Source: Gracilinema caldarium
Lineage (GTDB): Bacteria > Spirochaetota > Spirochaetia > Treponematales > Breznakiellaceae
Direction of reading: 5' to 3'
DNA: 64,000 nucleotides
NCBI RefSeq assembly: GCF_029265695.1
Contig: NZ_JAJUHW010000001.1
Location: 48,992-112,991 of the forward strand
Under the pieces are notes generated by a model. It saw nothing but the letters and a program-made list of their open reading frames with translations, was not told the DNA's origin and did no database searches. Positions 1-9,140 of the stretch are shown piece by piece. Within the stretch, counting starts at the first letter, position 1; each line of letters opens with the position of its first letter. Both the position numbers and the translations under genes were made by a program.

Positions 1-969
1 AAGTCGGTCCGGATTATTTGCGATCATGGCAGGGCTGCTACCTTTATTCTAGGGGATCCCAAAGGTGTGAGCCCCTCCAACGTGGGAGCAGGCTATGTGC
101 TCCGCAGGCTCATACGCCGTGCGGTTCGGCATGGCCGTAAGCTCGGTATCGAAACACTGTTCCTTACCGAAATTGCCGAAGCGGTGGTCGAAAAATTTTC
201 AGCCCCCTATCCGGAGCTGGCGGAAAACCGCAGCCGGATCATGGAAGAGCTCCAGCAGGAAGAACAGAAGTTCCTGGAGACCTTGCAGAAAGGGGAACAT
301 GAGTTCGAAAAACTGCTTCCCAACCTGCTTAAGGATCCACGGAAAATTATATCTGGCCGCCTGGCCTTTAAGCTTTACGACACCTACGGTTTTCCCATCG
401 AACTTACGGAAGAACTGGCAGCTGAGCATGGCATGACCATTAACCGGGAAGAATTTGATGAGGCCTTTAAAAAGCACCAGGAACTCTCCCGGGCTGGCAG
501 CGAACAGGTCTTTAAGGGAGGCCTGGCGGACCACGGAGAACAGGCTGTTAAATACCATACGGCTACGCATCTGCTCCATAAGGCCCTCAGGATGGTTTTG
601 GGTGAGCATGTTGCCCAAAAGGGTTCCAACATTACTGCAGAACGGATGCGGTTTGACTTTTCCCATCCTTCCCCAATGACTGCCGAAGAGATTGCAAAGG
701 TTGAAGCAATCGTGAACGAGCAGATTAAGCGGGATTTGCCGGTCACTATGGAAATTATGTCATTAGAGGATGCCAAGGCTGCAGGGGCAATCGCCCTGTT
801 TGGCGAAAAGTACGAATCCCAGGTCAAGGTGTACACCATTGGAGACTTTTCTAAAGAAGTCTGTGGCGGACCCCATGTAGACCGGACTGGCAAGCTTGGC
901 ACCTTTAAGATACAGAAGGAACAATCTTCCTCCGCCGGTGTACGCCGGATCAGGGCTGTACTGGAGTAG
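1..969 (+). CDS. alaS: Alanine--tRNA ligase, 5'-truncated by window start; short form ending at the editing domain
   Basis: Frame open from base 1 (KSVRIICDHGRAATFILGD...PSNVGAGYVLRRLIRRA). AFKLYDTYGFP motif and editing motifs HTATHLL...CGGPH are present. Stop TAG 967-969. Confidence 0.97.
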   Translation, partial: KSVRIICDHGRAATFILGDPKGVSPSNVGAGYVLRRLIRRAVRHGRKLGIETLFLTEIAEAVVEKFSAPYPELAENRSRIMEELQQEEQKFLETLQKGEHEFEKLLPNLLKDPRKIISGRLAFKLYDTYGFPIELTEELAAEHGMTINREEFDEAFKKHQELSRAGSEQVFKGGLADHGEQAVKYHTATHLLHKALRMVLGEHVAQKGSNITAERMRFDFSHPSPMTAEEIAKVEAIVNEQIKRDLPVTMEIMSLEDAKAAGAIALFGEKYESQVKVYTIGDFSKEVCGGPHVDRTGKLGTFKIQKEQSSSAGVRRIRAVLE

Positions 970-1025
970 GGAATATTCCGTAACCTTTGAGCATCTGATA
1001 TATTCTATTTTTAAGAAGGATACAT

Positions 1026-2072
1026 ATGAAACGCAATGTACTTGTGATGCTTTTTACCCTTGCTGTGGCAGCCCTCGTTAGTGCCCAGGCCGATTTACAG
1101 TCCGTAGCTCTGGTAAAGTTAACCAAAACAGAGCCAATTACGGTTAAACAGCTTAAGGCAGAGGTTCAAAAAATCGAAGCCCAGACCGGAAAAGCCCTTA
1201 CCATTGATGAACGGAAACAGGTTCTTGATGTGATGATTAATGAGCGGCTTGCCCTGCAGGCTGCAGAACGGGACAAAGTAACGGTAAGCGATGCTGAAAT
1301 AAACCAGCAGCTGCAGCAAGCCAGAACTGCAATGGCCCAGAGCCTGGGCCGGCAGCCTACAGATGCTGAGTTCGAAGCGGCTATTAAGCAGCAAACCGGC
1401 ATGGACCTGGCCTCATATAAGGAACAGATGAAACGGCTCGTGACGGTTCAGAAATACCTCATGACAAAAAAGCAAGACCTTATAAATTCTATTAAAAAGC
1501 CGACCGAGAACGAAATTAAAAACTTTTACGAGCTCAATAAGGCAAAACTGGTGCGGCCCGATACGGTGCGGTTTTCCATGATTTTCGTCCCCTATGGCAG
1601 CGATGCAGCTTCCAAGGCCAAGGCCAAAGAACTGGCAGATAAGCTTGTGAAAGACATTGGGACAAGCCCATCCAAATTTGATGAAGCGGTCCTCCGGGGT
1701 CAGTCCCCATCTGCGGGCTATCAGGCCGGCGACGGCGGCTATCTGCCGAAAACCGCAGAAGCCCAGAGTATTGTTGGCCCTGATTTCATGAACGTAGCCT
1801 TTTCTCTCAAACAGGGAGAAGTCTCCCGGCTCATCGAAAATACAAAAGGGTACCAGATAATCAAAATTACCGAAGCCTACAGTCAAAAAAACCTGGACCT
1901 GGATGATATTTATCAGTTGGGCAACAAGATTACCGTGCGGGAGTATATTGGCAATCTCCTTTATCAGCAGAATCAGCAGGCCATTTTTGATAAGGCAAGT
2001 AAAGAGCTTGTTGATGAACTCCGCGCTGGCGGCAAATCTTTCCAGATTTTTGAAAAGAACATAGCATATTAA
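1026..2072 (+). CDS. Exported SurA/PrsA-like peptidyl-prolyl isomerase/chaperone
   Basis: Signal peptide, SurA-N-like helical region, rotamase-like segment (GDGGYL...FSLKQGEVSRLIENTKGYQIIK). Confidence 0.8.
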   Translation: MKRNVLVMLFTLAVAALVSAQADLQSVALVKLTKTEPITVKQLKAEVQKIEAQTGKALTIDERKQVLDVMINERLALQAAERDKVTVSDAEINQQLQQARTAMAQSLGRQPTDAEFEAAIKQQTGMDLASYKEQMKRLVTVQKYLMTKKQDLINSIKKPTENEIKNFYELNKAKLVRPDTVRFSMIFVPYGSDAASKAKAKELADKLVKDIGTSPSKFDEAVLRGQSPSAGYQAGDGGYLPKTAEAQSIVGPDFMNVAFSLKQGEVSRLIENTKGYQIIKITEAYSQKNLDLDDIYQLGNKITVREYIGNLLYQQNQQAIFDKASKELVDELRAGGKSFQIFEKNIAY

Positions 2073-2074
2073 TT

Positions 2075-2506
2075 ATGGCATCGAGACGAAAAGCGCGTAT
2101 ATTGGCTTTCCAGGCCCTCTTTTCCTGGGAAGCCTCGGGGGCAAGTGTTCAGGAACTGGTCAGTTTTTCCTGGTTAGACCAGGAAAAACGAGATGCCCTT
2201 GATGAAGGAACCGCTGTATTCGCACGGTTGTTGATTGCGGGAACTATAGAAAACATTGAAACCATCGACAGCCTTATTAAGGCTCATTTAAAGAACTGGA
2301 ACTTTGATCGTCTTAATAGGGTCGATTTGGCAATTATGCGTATGAGTGTCTATTCACTCAAATACCAAGAGGATATTCCAGCCTCCATAGTAATAGACGA
2401 AGCCATAGATATTGCAAAAGAATATGGTACCGACGATTCGTTCCGTTTTATTAACGGTGTATTGGATGCAATTAAAAAGGATATTCAGGGTGGTTTAGGA
2501 GTATGA
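2075..2506 (+). CDS. nusB: Transcription antitermination factor NusB
   Basis: RRKARILAFQALF; RLNRVDLAIMR; IDEAIDIAKEYG...FINGVLD. Confidence 0.97.
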   Translation: MASRRKARILAFQALFSWEASGASVQELVSFSWLDQEKRDALDEGTAVFARLLIAGTIENIETIDSLIKAHLKNWNFDRLNRVDLAIMRMSVYSLKYQEDIPASIVIDEAIDIAKEYGTDDSFRFINGVLDAIKKDIQGGLGV

Positions 2507-4143
2507 CGAGCAAGAACCGGTTCCCTATTCGGTTCGCTGTCAATCCTCGGCTTCTTATTATCGGCCTCGGCTGCGCTGCGGTCCTGGCCGCTCTTCTTAC
2601 TTTTATCATAAAACGCCCCCAAAGCCTCACTAATAAACTCGATTTTACCTATCTGGATAGCCAAATAGATGCCTGGGATGGCGTGTCCAGCCCTGATAAG
2701 ATTTTAAAAACCCTTCAGAGCTATGAAAAAGAACAGATTGGATCAGCTACCGCATTGTCCCTTCTCAAACGGTACCGACTTTTAGCTCTTAAAGGTCTCC
2801 GATACGATGTCTATACTGCGAAAGCCCGGGATTTTTCCGAGAAATATCCCAAACAAGATGCAATCTTGTCTTTATTTCTGGATAGCTGCCTTCTTGTGCC
2901 CCATGAATTGTCGCAAGCTGAGATAGAGTTTTTACTCCATCTGGATCCCCGGGATCTTTCGCCTGAAAATGCTTCGCTCCTCCTGCTCGTGCTGCATAAA
3001 GCCCATTTTATAGATACTCCTCAGCGGTTTTTGCAGATTCCCTATGGAATAGAATTGCTGAACCAGCTGCTGGTTAATGCAGACCCTCCTCGTTCATCGA
3101 TTTTTACAAACAATGTAGTTGTGGCGCTCATACTTTCCGGAAATATTCAGGCTGCTCTCGCCGCAGGAAAAGGTGCGGTAGGAAAAACGATGAGTTTTGA
3201 TGCCCTCTATTCCAATCTCTTGTATGATTTTGGTTCCCCGGAAGAAGCTGCCCTTTTATTCCGTCAACTCTATGAGCAGGACGGAAACTACAAGTACCTG
3301 CTTCATGAAGCGGATGCTTTTATAAAAAGTGGAGATATTCAAAAAGCCCGCGGTGTCTGGAAAGAACTTGAACCGAACCTTTCCGGTCCAGCATTGCTTA
3401 CGGTGCTGTATAACCAAGGATCCACGAGCGCTGATCCTGCTGAACGGAAATACTATTTTTTGCGTTTATTAAACATTGATAAATTCCATGAATATGGTGT
3501 TTTGCAGTACGCTAGGCTCTTGCCTGAAACAGAAGCCCTGAGCTTTTTGCGCTCCTTACCGATCTACAAAACCCATGCTCTCTTGCAGCTCGAAGCACTC
3601 AGGTATGAATATTCTGGAGCACACCGGCCCTTTGTACCCGGATCTTTGTGGATCTTACTGAACAGATTTTCTCAGGATGAACGGCTCTATCACTGGGGAG
3701 CATGGTATCTTTACACTATAGGAAATATAGAGGAGCTTGAGAAACTGCTTGCCATGGCTAAAGAAAAGGGAATACAGCATCCATCCCTTGTCTTATATCC
3801 CGCTTTGCGTGCTCTGGAACAGGGCAAGCTTGAAACAGGCCAGCAGCTGCTTTCTTCATTTCCAGGTACGGAGTGGTATATTCCCGCTAACCTGGGGAAG
3901 CTGTACCAAAAAACCTACAGAATCTTAAACGCCATTGAGATGTATCAATTAGCCGCTTCATTAGCTCAAGATACAAAAATTGAATCCCGCCTGTATCATC
4001 AGATTGGAGATTGTTTCCTTTCATTGGATAAATTGTCTGAAGCCCGCAGAAGTTATGAATATGCGATCCAGCTGAATCCTGGTAATATGGAAGCCGTATT
4101 TGCACTCCAGCAGCTGAATGCTCGCATGATAAATCCGCGCTGA
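2503..4143 (+). CDS. Membrane-anchored TPR-repeat protein
   Basis: N-terminal TM segment; C-terminal TPR-like repeats (YHQIGDCFLSLDKLSEARRSYEYAIQLNP); ATGA overlap with nusB. Confidence 0.75.
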   Translation: MTSKNRFPIRFAVNPRLLIIGLGCAAVLAALLTFIIKRPQSLTNKLDFTYLDSQIDAWDGVSSPDKILKTLQSYEKEQIGSATALSLLKRYRLLALKGLRYDVYTAKARDFSEKYPKQDAILSLFLDSCLLVPHELSQAEIEFLLHLDPRDLSPENASLLLLVLHKAHFIDTPQRFLQIPYGIELLNQLLVNADPPRSSIFTNNVVVALILSGNIQAALAAGKGAVGKTMSFDALYSNLLYDFGSPEEAALLFRQLYEQDGNYKYLLHEADAFIKSGDIQKARGVWKELEPNLSGPALLTVLYNQGSTSADPAERKYYFLRLLNIDKFHEYGVLQYARLLPETEALSFLRSLPIYKTHALLQLEALRYEYSGAHRPFVPGSLWILLNRFSQDERLYHWGAWYLYTIGNIEELEKLLAMAKEKGIQHPSLVLYPALRALEQGKLETGQQLLSSFPGTEWYIPANLGKLYQKTYRILNAIEMYQLAASLAQDTKIESRLYHQIGDCFLSLDKLSEARRSYEYAIQLNPGNMEAVFALQQLNARMINPR

Positions 4144-4158
4144 TGCTGATTTATTGAT

Positions 4159-4195
4159 AAAAAAAGGGGATGTCCTTAACTTTATGGACATCCCT
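4159..4195 (-). terminator. Intrinsic terminator for groES (GGGGATGTCC family)
   Basis: Stem GGGATGTCC 4167-4175 / GGACATCCC 4186-4194, 10-nt loop, A7 tract 4159-4165 (U tract on minus strand). Confidence 0.85.
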
Positions 4196-4227
4196 CCGTA
4201 GTACCACTTTTAAAAGTCAGTTGCTTA

Positions 4228-4494
4228 CTATTCGATAATGGCAATGATATCGGACATTTTCAGAATAAGGTATTCAACACCATCAACCTTAATCTGGGTG
4301 CCGGCATATTTGTCATACATGACCTTCTGCCCCACAGCTACTTTGATAATATCCTTGTTATCACCAATAGCGGTAACGACACCGGTCTGGGTCTTTTCTT
4401 GGGCAGTATCGGGAATAATGATACCCCCAGCAGTTTTGGATTCGGTTTTTTCAAGCTTTACCATGACACGGTCGTCTAAGGGTTTTACAGTCAT
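4228..4494 (-). CDS. groES: Co-chaperonin GroES (no adjacent groEL)
   Basis: KPLDDRVMV...KTAGGIIIPDTAQEK...ILKMSDIIAII; GGAGG SD. Confidence 0.97.
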   Translation of the reverse strand: MTVKPLDDRVMVKLEKTESKTAGGIIIPDTAQEKTQTGVVTAIGDNKDIIKVAVGQKVMYDKYAGTQIKVDGVEYLILKMSDIIAIIE

Positions 4495-4546
4495 ATAATT
4501 CCTCCTGAGGTACAGATATTGTTGTAGTAATGGATATTACGATTTA

Positions 4547-4576
4547 AATATACGGAAAAAGACCAGCAAAGGTCAA
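4547..4576 (-). promoter_or_regulatory. Sigma70-type promoter for groES
   Basis: Minus strand TTGACC-N18-TATATT. Confidence 0.55.
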
Positions 4577-4599
4577 CAAAAATCGGCGGTAACTTGAAT

Positions 4600-4628
4600 T
4601 TGCTTATTAAGAAAATTATTGGTATCTT
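4600..4628 (+). promoter_or_regulatory. Sigma70-type promoter, probably giving a leaderless transcript
   Basis: TTGCTT-N17-TATCTT with extended TG; GTG start 6 nt downstream. Confidence 0.55.
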
Positions 4629-4634
4629 ATCCTT

Positions 4635-5342
4635 GTGGTGAGTATGAAAGACTGGTTTGGACCCTTTGAACGGGGCCGAAAAGCCCTGGCAAAACATAAA
4701 ACAGCCTATGCAATTAAGGAATTCAAGAAAGCTGCAGAACTCTGTCCGGTCCGGGCATCTAAAGAGTTGGCTCGAATCCTTTATTACCTTGGACTCGCAT
4801 TGGACCGTTCTGGTCAGCCAGGCCTGGCGACGAAAAGCTGGGTAAATGCCAGAAAGCTCGTTCGTTCTGGTCCCTTTGTGTCTTTGTATTCACGGTGGAT
4901 TAACGGCTATGGCATGCGGAAAAGCGAAAAACCAATCTTGGATGATTACCGGGCGTTTCAGTCTGTACAGGTCTTCAGATATTTAAGTAAACGGGGATCA
5001 GGACGATTTTGCTCCGAAGCTGAACGGGATGTAGTCTATGCAGTAATAGACGATGCCTGGAAACTTATATCGAAAAGTAAGGTGCTTTATTCCCTTTCGT
5101 GTACTGAAAAATTAGCAATTTTTAGGAAAGCTAAGTTAGATTTTCCCTACCTGTACATAGAAGATGTTTTCCAAACCGATTGTGATCCTGTAATAGGTAA
5201 TTTTAGGCAAAAACATTCAGTCTCTTCTGTTCGCTTAACCGATGACGATCCCTGTTCCTGCGGTTCAGGGCTGCCCCGCAGAATGTGCTGCGGAAGGCTC
5301 TATTCGTGTACAGAACAGGAGTATGCCAACCCAAGGCACTAG
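4635..5342 (+). CDS. TPR-like N-terminus plus C-terminal SEC-C metal-binding motif protein
   Basis: ARILYYLGLALDRSGQPGLA (TPR-like); DDDPCSCGSGLPRRMCCGR (SEC-C motif). Confidence 0.7.
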   Translation: MVSMKDWFGPFERGRKALAKHKTAYAIKEFKKAAELCPVRASKELARILYYLGLALDRSGQPGLATKSWVNARKLVRSGPFVSLYSRWINGYGMRKSEKPILDDYRAFQSVQVFRYLSKRGSGRFCSEAERDVVYAVIDDAWKLISKSKVLYSLSCTEKLAIFRKAKLDFPYLYIEDVFQTDCDPVIGNFRQKHSVSSVRLTDDDPCSCGSGLPRRMCCGRLYSCTEQEYANPRH

Positions 5343-5537
5343 ATGTCTAAAAATGTGTCATTAGGAACCAATAATTTACGAAATTTCAGGCCCTGTATCA
5401 TTTAGACCCACATTTTTGCATGCCGTTGCAAATAATGCTATCCATTTCTGTTGTGCACCGAAATCTGCATTCATTTAAGTATTTATCATATAAATAGATA
5501 TTTAAAATATTTTTGATGCTTTTTGTTTCTTATTGCT

Positions 5538-5553
5538 TGGCATGATAATTGCT
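5538..5553 (+). promoter_or_regulatory. Sigma54 (RpoN) -24/-12 promoter
   Basis: TGGCATG-ATAA-TTGCT fits TGGCACG-N4-TTGCW with exact GG-N10-GC spacing; 30 nt upstream of the sigma factor ATG. Confidence 0.7.
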
Positions 5554-5583
5554 AAATATATGTACCTATTCAGGAGGTACAAT

Positions 5584-6468
5584 ATGACCGCTACAAAAAA
5601 AACAGCTCTTTCAAAACAGTCAAAAAAGGAAACCATGAACGATGAAAATGTTCTTTCCATATACCTCAAAGAAATAAACAAGATTCCCCTCTTGACCAGA
5701 GAAGAGGAAGATGCAATAGCCCGTGCTGCAGCTAAGGGCGACAAGGCTGCCAGGGACAAGCTTGCCGCTGCCAATCTGCGCTTTGTGGTTAATGTGGCTA
5801 AAAAGTATCAGAATCAGGGCCTATCTCTTTCGGATTTAATCAGCGAAGGCAATATTGGGCTTTTGAATGCCATTGAACGGTACGATGTGGATAAGGGGTA
5901 TCACTTTATATCCTATGCGGTATGGTGGATAAGGCAGGCAATCCTTAAAGCGATTTGCGAAAAATCCCGTATGATCCGGCTGCCCCTAAATCGGGCCAAT
6001 GAACTTGTACAGATTGAAAAGACCCGCAAGGTACTCCAGGGCGGGGCATCAAGCGATGCGGAAATTAACGAGGTTGCCCGGCTGCTTGATATGGATCCTT
6101 CACATGTGGCGGATCTCATCAATATAAGCCGTGACCTGGTGTCCTTAGAAAGTCCAGTGTATACCGAAAAAGATTCTTCTATTTTGGGCGATTTCCTGGA
6201 AGATACGACCTACAAAGCTCCGGAAGATGCGGCGATCGAGTCTGCATTACGGGAAGACATTGAAATGGTGCTTCAGACCCTTTCAGAAAAGGAAGCGGAA
6301 ATCATTCGGTACCGCTTTGGTCTTAACGGAACGGCTCCCATGTCCCTCAAAGAAATCGGGGAAAGGTTTCATCTTACTAAAGAAAGGATTCGGCAGATTG
6401 AAAAAAAAGCCCTTAAAAGGCTCCAGCATCCTGCACGGAAACAGTATCTGGAAAGTTACGTAGCATAA
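5584..6468 (+). CDS. Short sigma70-family (RpoD/RpoS-like) sigma factor lacking region 1.1
   Basis: SIYLKEINKIPLL (1.2), ANLRFVVNVAKKY, DLISEGNIGL, SYAVWWIRQAI (2.x), TKERIRQIEKKAL (4.2); GGAGG SD 5573-5577. Confidence 0.9.
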   Translation: MTATKKTALSKQSKKETMNDENVLSIYLKEINKIPLLTREEEDAIARAAAKGDKAARDKLAAANLRFVVNVAKKYQNQGLSLSDLISEGNIGLLNAIERYDVDKGYHFISYAVWWIRQAILKAICEKSRMIRLPLNRANELVQIEKTRKVLQGGASSDAEINEVARLLDMDPSHVADLINISRDLVSLESPVYTEKDSSILGDFLEDTTYKAPEDAAIESALREDIEMVLQTLSEKEAEIIRYRFGLNGTAPMSLKEIGERFHLTKERIRQIEKKALKRLQHPARKQYLESYVA

Positions 6469-6492
6469 GCTCCGGTGAGTTTGAATTAAGCA

Positions 6493-6531
6493 GGGGGATG
6501 ACCAAGAACCATACACGGACATCCCCCTTTT
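6493..6531 (+). terminator. Intrinsic terminator (GGGGATGTCC family variant) between the convergent sigma factor and asnA genes
   Basis: GGGGGATGACC / GGACATCCCCC followed by TTTT. Confidence 0.8.
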
Positions 6532-6534
6532 ATT

Positions 6535-7569
6535 TTACATGAGGTGTACACCCTGTTTTTTGCAGAGATCTAAAGTTTCCTGGGGCCAGACCGAAGCCTG
6601 TACTTCTCCGATATGGGCCTTGCGCAAAAAGAACATACAGAGCCGGGATTGGCCGATTCCGCCACCGATCGTCTGGGGGAATTCGCCCGCTAAGAGCCGG
6701 CTGTGCCAGTACAGTTTAGTACGGTCTTCTGTGTTTGTCAGTGCAAGCTGGCGTTTCATGCTTTCCGCATCTACCCGGATACCCATGGATGAAAGTTCAA
6801 GCGAATCCTGACGCACCGGATCCCAGACTATAATATCACCGTTTAAGCCCGCAGTCCCATCTTCGGCGATGGTAGTCCAGTCATCATAGTCGGGAGCCCG
6901 GCCTCCATGTATGGTCCCATCGGATAGCTTGCCGCCGATACCGATGATAAAAATGGCGCCGTATTCCCGTGCCAGTTCCCGTTCCCGCTCCTGGGGACTC
7001 AGTTTGGGGTACCGGCGGAGGGCTTCTTCTGAGTGAATAAAGGTAATATGTTCAGGAAGGACCGGCGTTATTTCTTCGTAGTGCTCACTGACTACAAATT
7101 CGGTACGTTTTAGCACTTCGTAGATTTTTTCTACTATCTTTTTTAGAAACGCCCGGTTCCGCTGGCCTTGTTTCATCACCAGTTCCCAGTCCCACTGATC
7201 AACGTATATGGAATGGATTGCATCAATGTCATCATCGGGACGCAGGGCATTCATGTCTGTATATAGGCCGGTTCCTTCCTTGTAGCCGTAATCAGCCAGC
7301 GCCATGCGTTTCCATTTTGCGAGAGACTGGACAACTTCCATCTCCTTGTCTCCAAGGTTTTTAACAGGGAATCGCACCGGTCGTTCTATACCATTGAGGT
7401 CATCATTGATACCCGAACCACGGGGTACAAAGAGGGGAGAGGTTACCCGGGATAGCTGCAGTTCCGCGGAAAGGTTGCGTTCAAAAAAATCTTTTACAAG
7501 CTTAATTGCCTGTTCGGTCTGTTTAAGACTTAATAAGGGTTTATAGTTTTTGGGCAGAATCTCTGGCAT
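6535..7569 (-). CDS. asnA: Aspartate--ammonia ligase
   Basis: EVVQSLAKWKR, GLYTDMNALRPD, HSIYVDQWDWE, TIGGGIGQSRL. Confidence 0.97.
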   Translation of the reverse strand: MPEILPKNYKPLLSLKQTEQAIKLVKDFFERNLSAELQLSRVTSPLFVPRGSGINDDLNGIERPVRFPVKNLGDKEMEVVQSLAKWKRMALADYGYKEGTGLYTDMNALRPDDDIDAIHSIYVDQWDWELVMKQGQRNRAFLKKIVEKIYEVLKRTEFVVSEHYEEITPVLPEHITFIHSEEALRRYPKLSPQERERELAREYGAIFIIGIGGKLSDGTIHGGRAPDYDDWTTIAEDGTAGLNGDIIVWDPVRQDSLELSSMGIRVDAESMKRQLALTNTEDRTKLYWHSRLLAGEFPQTIGGGIGQSRLCMFFLRKAHIGEVQASVWPQETLDLCKKQGVHLM

Positions 7570-7659
7570 GTAAGTACTCCTTGGGCTCTACTGTACCAGT
7601 TGGGGCTAAGGGCCGCAATAGAGCAATATAAAAACCTAATGCCCACTGAAAGGCCAAGT

Positions 7660-9063
7660 TTACTTTTCTCCTGCAATACCTTTCATAATCAAAGAAAGCC
7701 GGTAGATTGATTCATCGATAGAGCGCGGTTCAATACAGACATAGCTCAGGCGGATGTGGGACTCATCATGAAAAGCCTCTCCGCTTGTGATCCGGATCCC
7801 CTGTTCCAGGGCTTTGTAATATAATGCGGTGCTTTTAAATTCTGGAGGGAGTCTTACCCAGAGGTGCAGTCCTCCGTCGCAGAAATGGGCGGTACAGCCT
7901 AAGGGTTCCAGGTGTGTTTGCACCGCCTGGTACATAATATTATGCAAGTCTCGGAAATGTACACGCAATTCTTCCATGCGGCTTTTGTGGTAATTCCGCT
8001 GCAAATAGAGATCCACCGTCCGCTGCATAAAGCCATCGGTGGCAATGTCGGAACTGCGTTTTGCCTGTTCATACAGGGACTGCAAGGCTGGGGGAATAAT
8101 CAGAAGCCCAAGCCTGAGCCCGGGGAATAAAACCTTGGAAAAACCTCGGACATAGAGTACCCGGTTATTTTTATCTATCGATTTGAGGGTAATCGGCTGA
8201 GGAGGCTGATGAAAATAGAGATCCGATAGGAGGTCATCTTCTAAAATATAAAAATCGTATTGATCTGCCAATTCAAGTAGCCGATGCAGTCTTTCTGCAC
8301 TCCAGCTATAGGTCGTGGGGGTCTGGAAACGGCTCTGTATATACAAAAGCCGCGGCCTTGTATGTATCAGTCGTTGTTCCAGGACTTCCATATCCATGCC
8401 CTCTTCGTGGATTTCTAAGGAAATAGTATCCGCAGCGCGGGACCAGAATGCCCCGAGGGCACCCCGATAGGTGGGCTGTTCTACAATGACCCGATCTCCA
8501 GGATGCAAAAGTGCCTTGGCGGTGAGATCTATACCCTGTTGGGCACCGGATACGACCCAGATAGTGGAAGGATCAGCCTGAATCTGCAGCGTTTCTGCCG
8601 CATAACGGGAGAGGGTCTTGCGGAATGGTTCCCACCCCGCAATGTTTTGGTATTCAAAGGCCCACCCCGCATCACGCTCAATGACTTCCAGGACGATTTC
8701 CTTAAATTGTTCCACCGGAAACATGTCAGGCGAGGGGGTTCCCGCAGCCAGGTCTATTAATGGCCCTTCTTTTGCATGAAATAATGGTTCTGTATATTCA
8801 GCCTCGATTGGAGACCGTTTTCGCTGAGCGTACACGCCGCTTCCCGGCCGAGACCGGACCCAGCCTTCCTGTTCAAGAATGCGGTATGCAGCCACGGCGG
8901 TCGCAGGATTTACCTGCAGAGCCCGGGATAGCCGGCGGATAGAGGGAAGCCGTTCCCCATCTATGACGTCTCCCCGGTGTATCGCTTGTCTGAGCCGGTC
9001 TGCGAGCTGCAGATACAAGGGTGTTTCGCTGTTGGCATCGAATACCAGGGCGCCGTAATTCAT
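7660..9063 (-). CDS. pdxR: MocR/GabR-family PLP-dependent regulator, PdxR-like
   Basis: GntR wHTH (PLYLQL...LPSIRRLS...[13 protein letters not shown]) fused to an aminotransferase-like domain ([13 protein letters not shown]). Divergent from pdxST. Start moved to ATG 9063 behind GGGAGGA. Confidence 0.85.
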   Translation of the reverse strand: MNYGALVFDANSETPLYLQLADRLRQAIHRGDVIDGERLPSIRRLSRALQVNPATAVAAYRILEQEGWVRSRPGSGVYAQRKRSPIEAEYTEPLFHAKEGPLIDLAAGTPSPDMFPVEQFKEIVLEVIERDAGWAFEYQNIAGWEPFRKTLSRYAAETLQIQADPSTIWVVSGAQQGIDLTAKALLHPGDRVIVEQPTYRGALGAFWSRAADTISLEIHEEGMDMEVLEQRLIHTRPRLLYIQSRFQTPTTYSWSAERLHRLLELADQYDFYILEDDLLSDLYFHQPPQPITLKSIDKNNRVLYVRGFSKVLFPGLRLGLLIIPPALQSLYEQAKRSSDIATDGFMQRTVDLYLQRNYHKSRMEELRVHFRDLHNIMYQAVQTHLEPLGCTAHFCDGGLHLWVRLPPEFKSTALYYKALEQGIRITSGEAFHDESHIRLSYVCIEPRSIDESIYRLSLIMKGIAGEK

Positions 9064-9072
9064 ATTCCTCCC

Positions 9073-9116
9073 AACTGTATCGGTACTGTATTGACAGTTA
9101 CTGTTTATTGGATACA
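9073..9116. promoter_or_regulatory. Putative PdxR operator repeats overlapping the pdxS promoter
   Basis: ACTGTAT direct repeats 9074-9080 and 9085-9091, inverted ACAGT 9094-9098, ACTGT 9100-9104; TTGACA at 9091-9096. Confidence 0.6.
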
Positions 9117-9140
9117 TATTCTATCCAGGGAGTGAACAAA

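Noticed and set aside
4495-4634. CIRCE/HrcA operator upstream of groES
   Set aside because: No TTAGCACTC-N9-GAGTGCTAA or recognisable variant is present.
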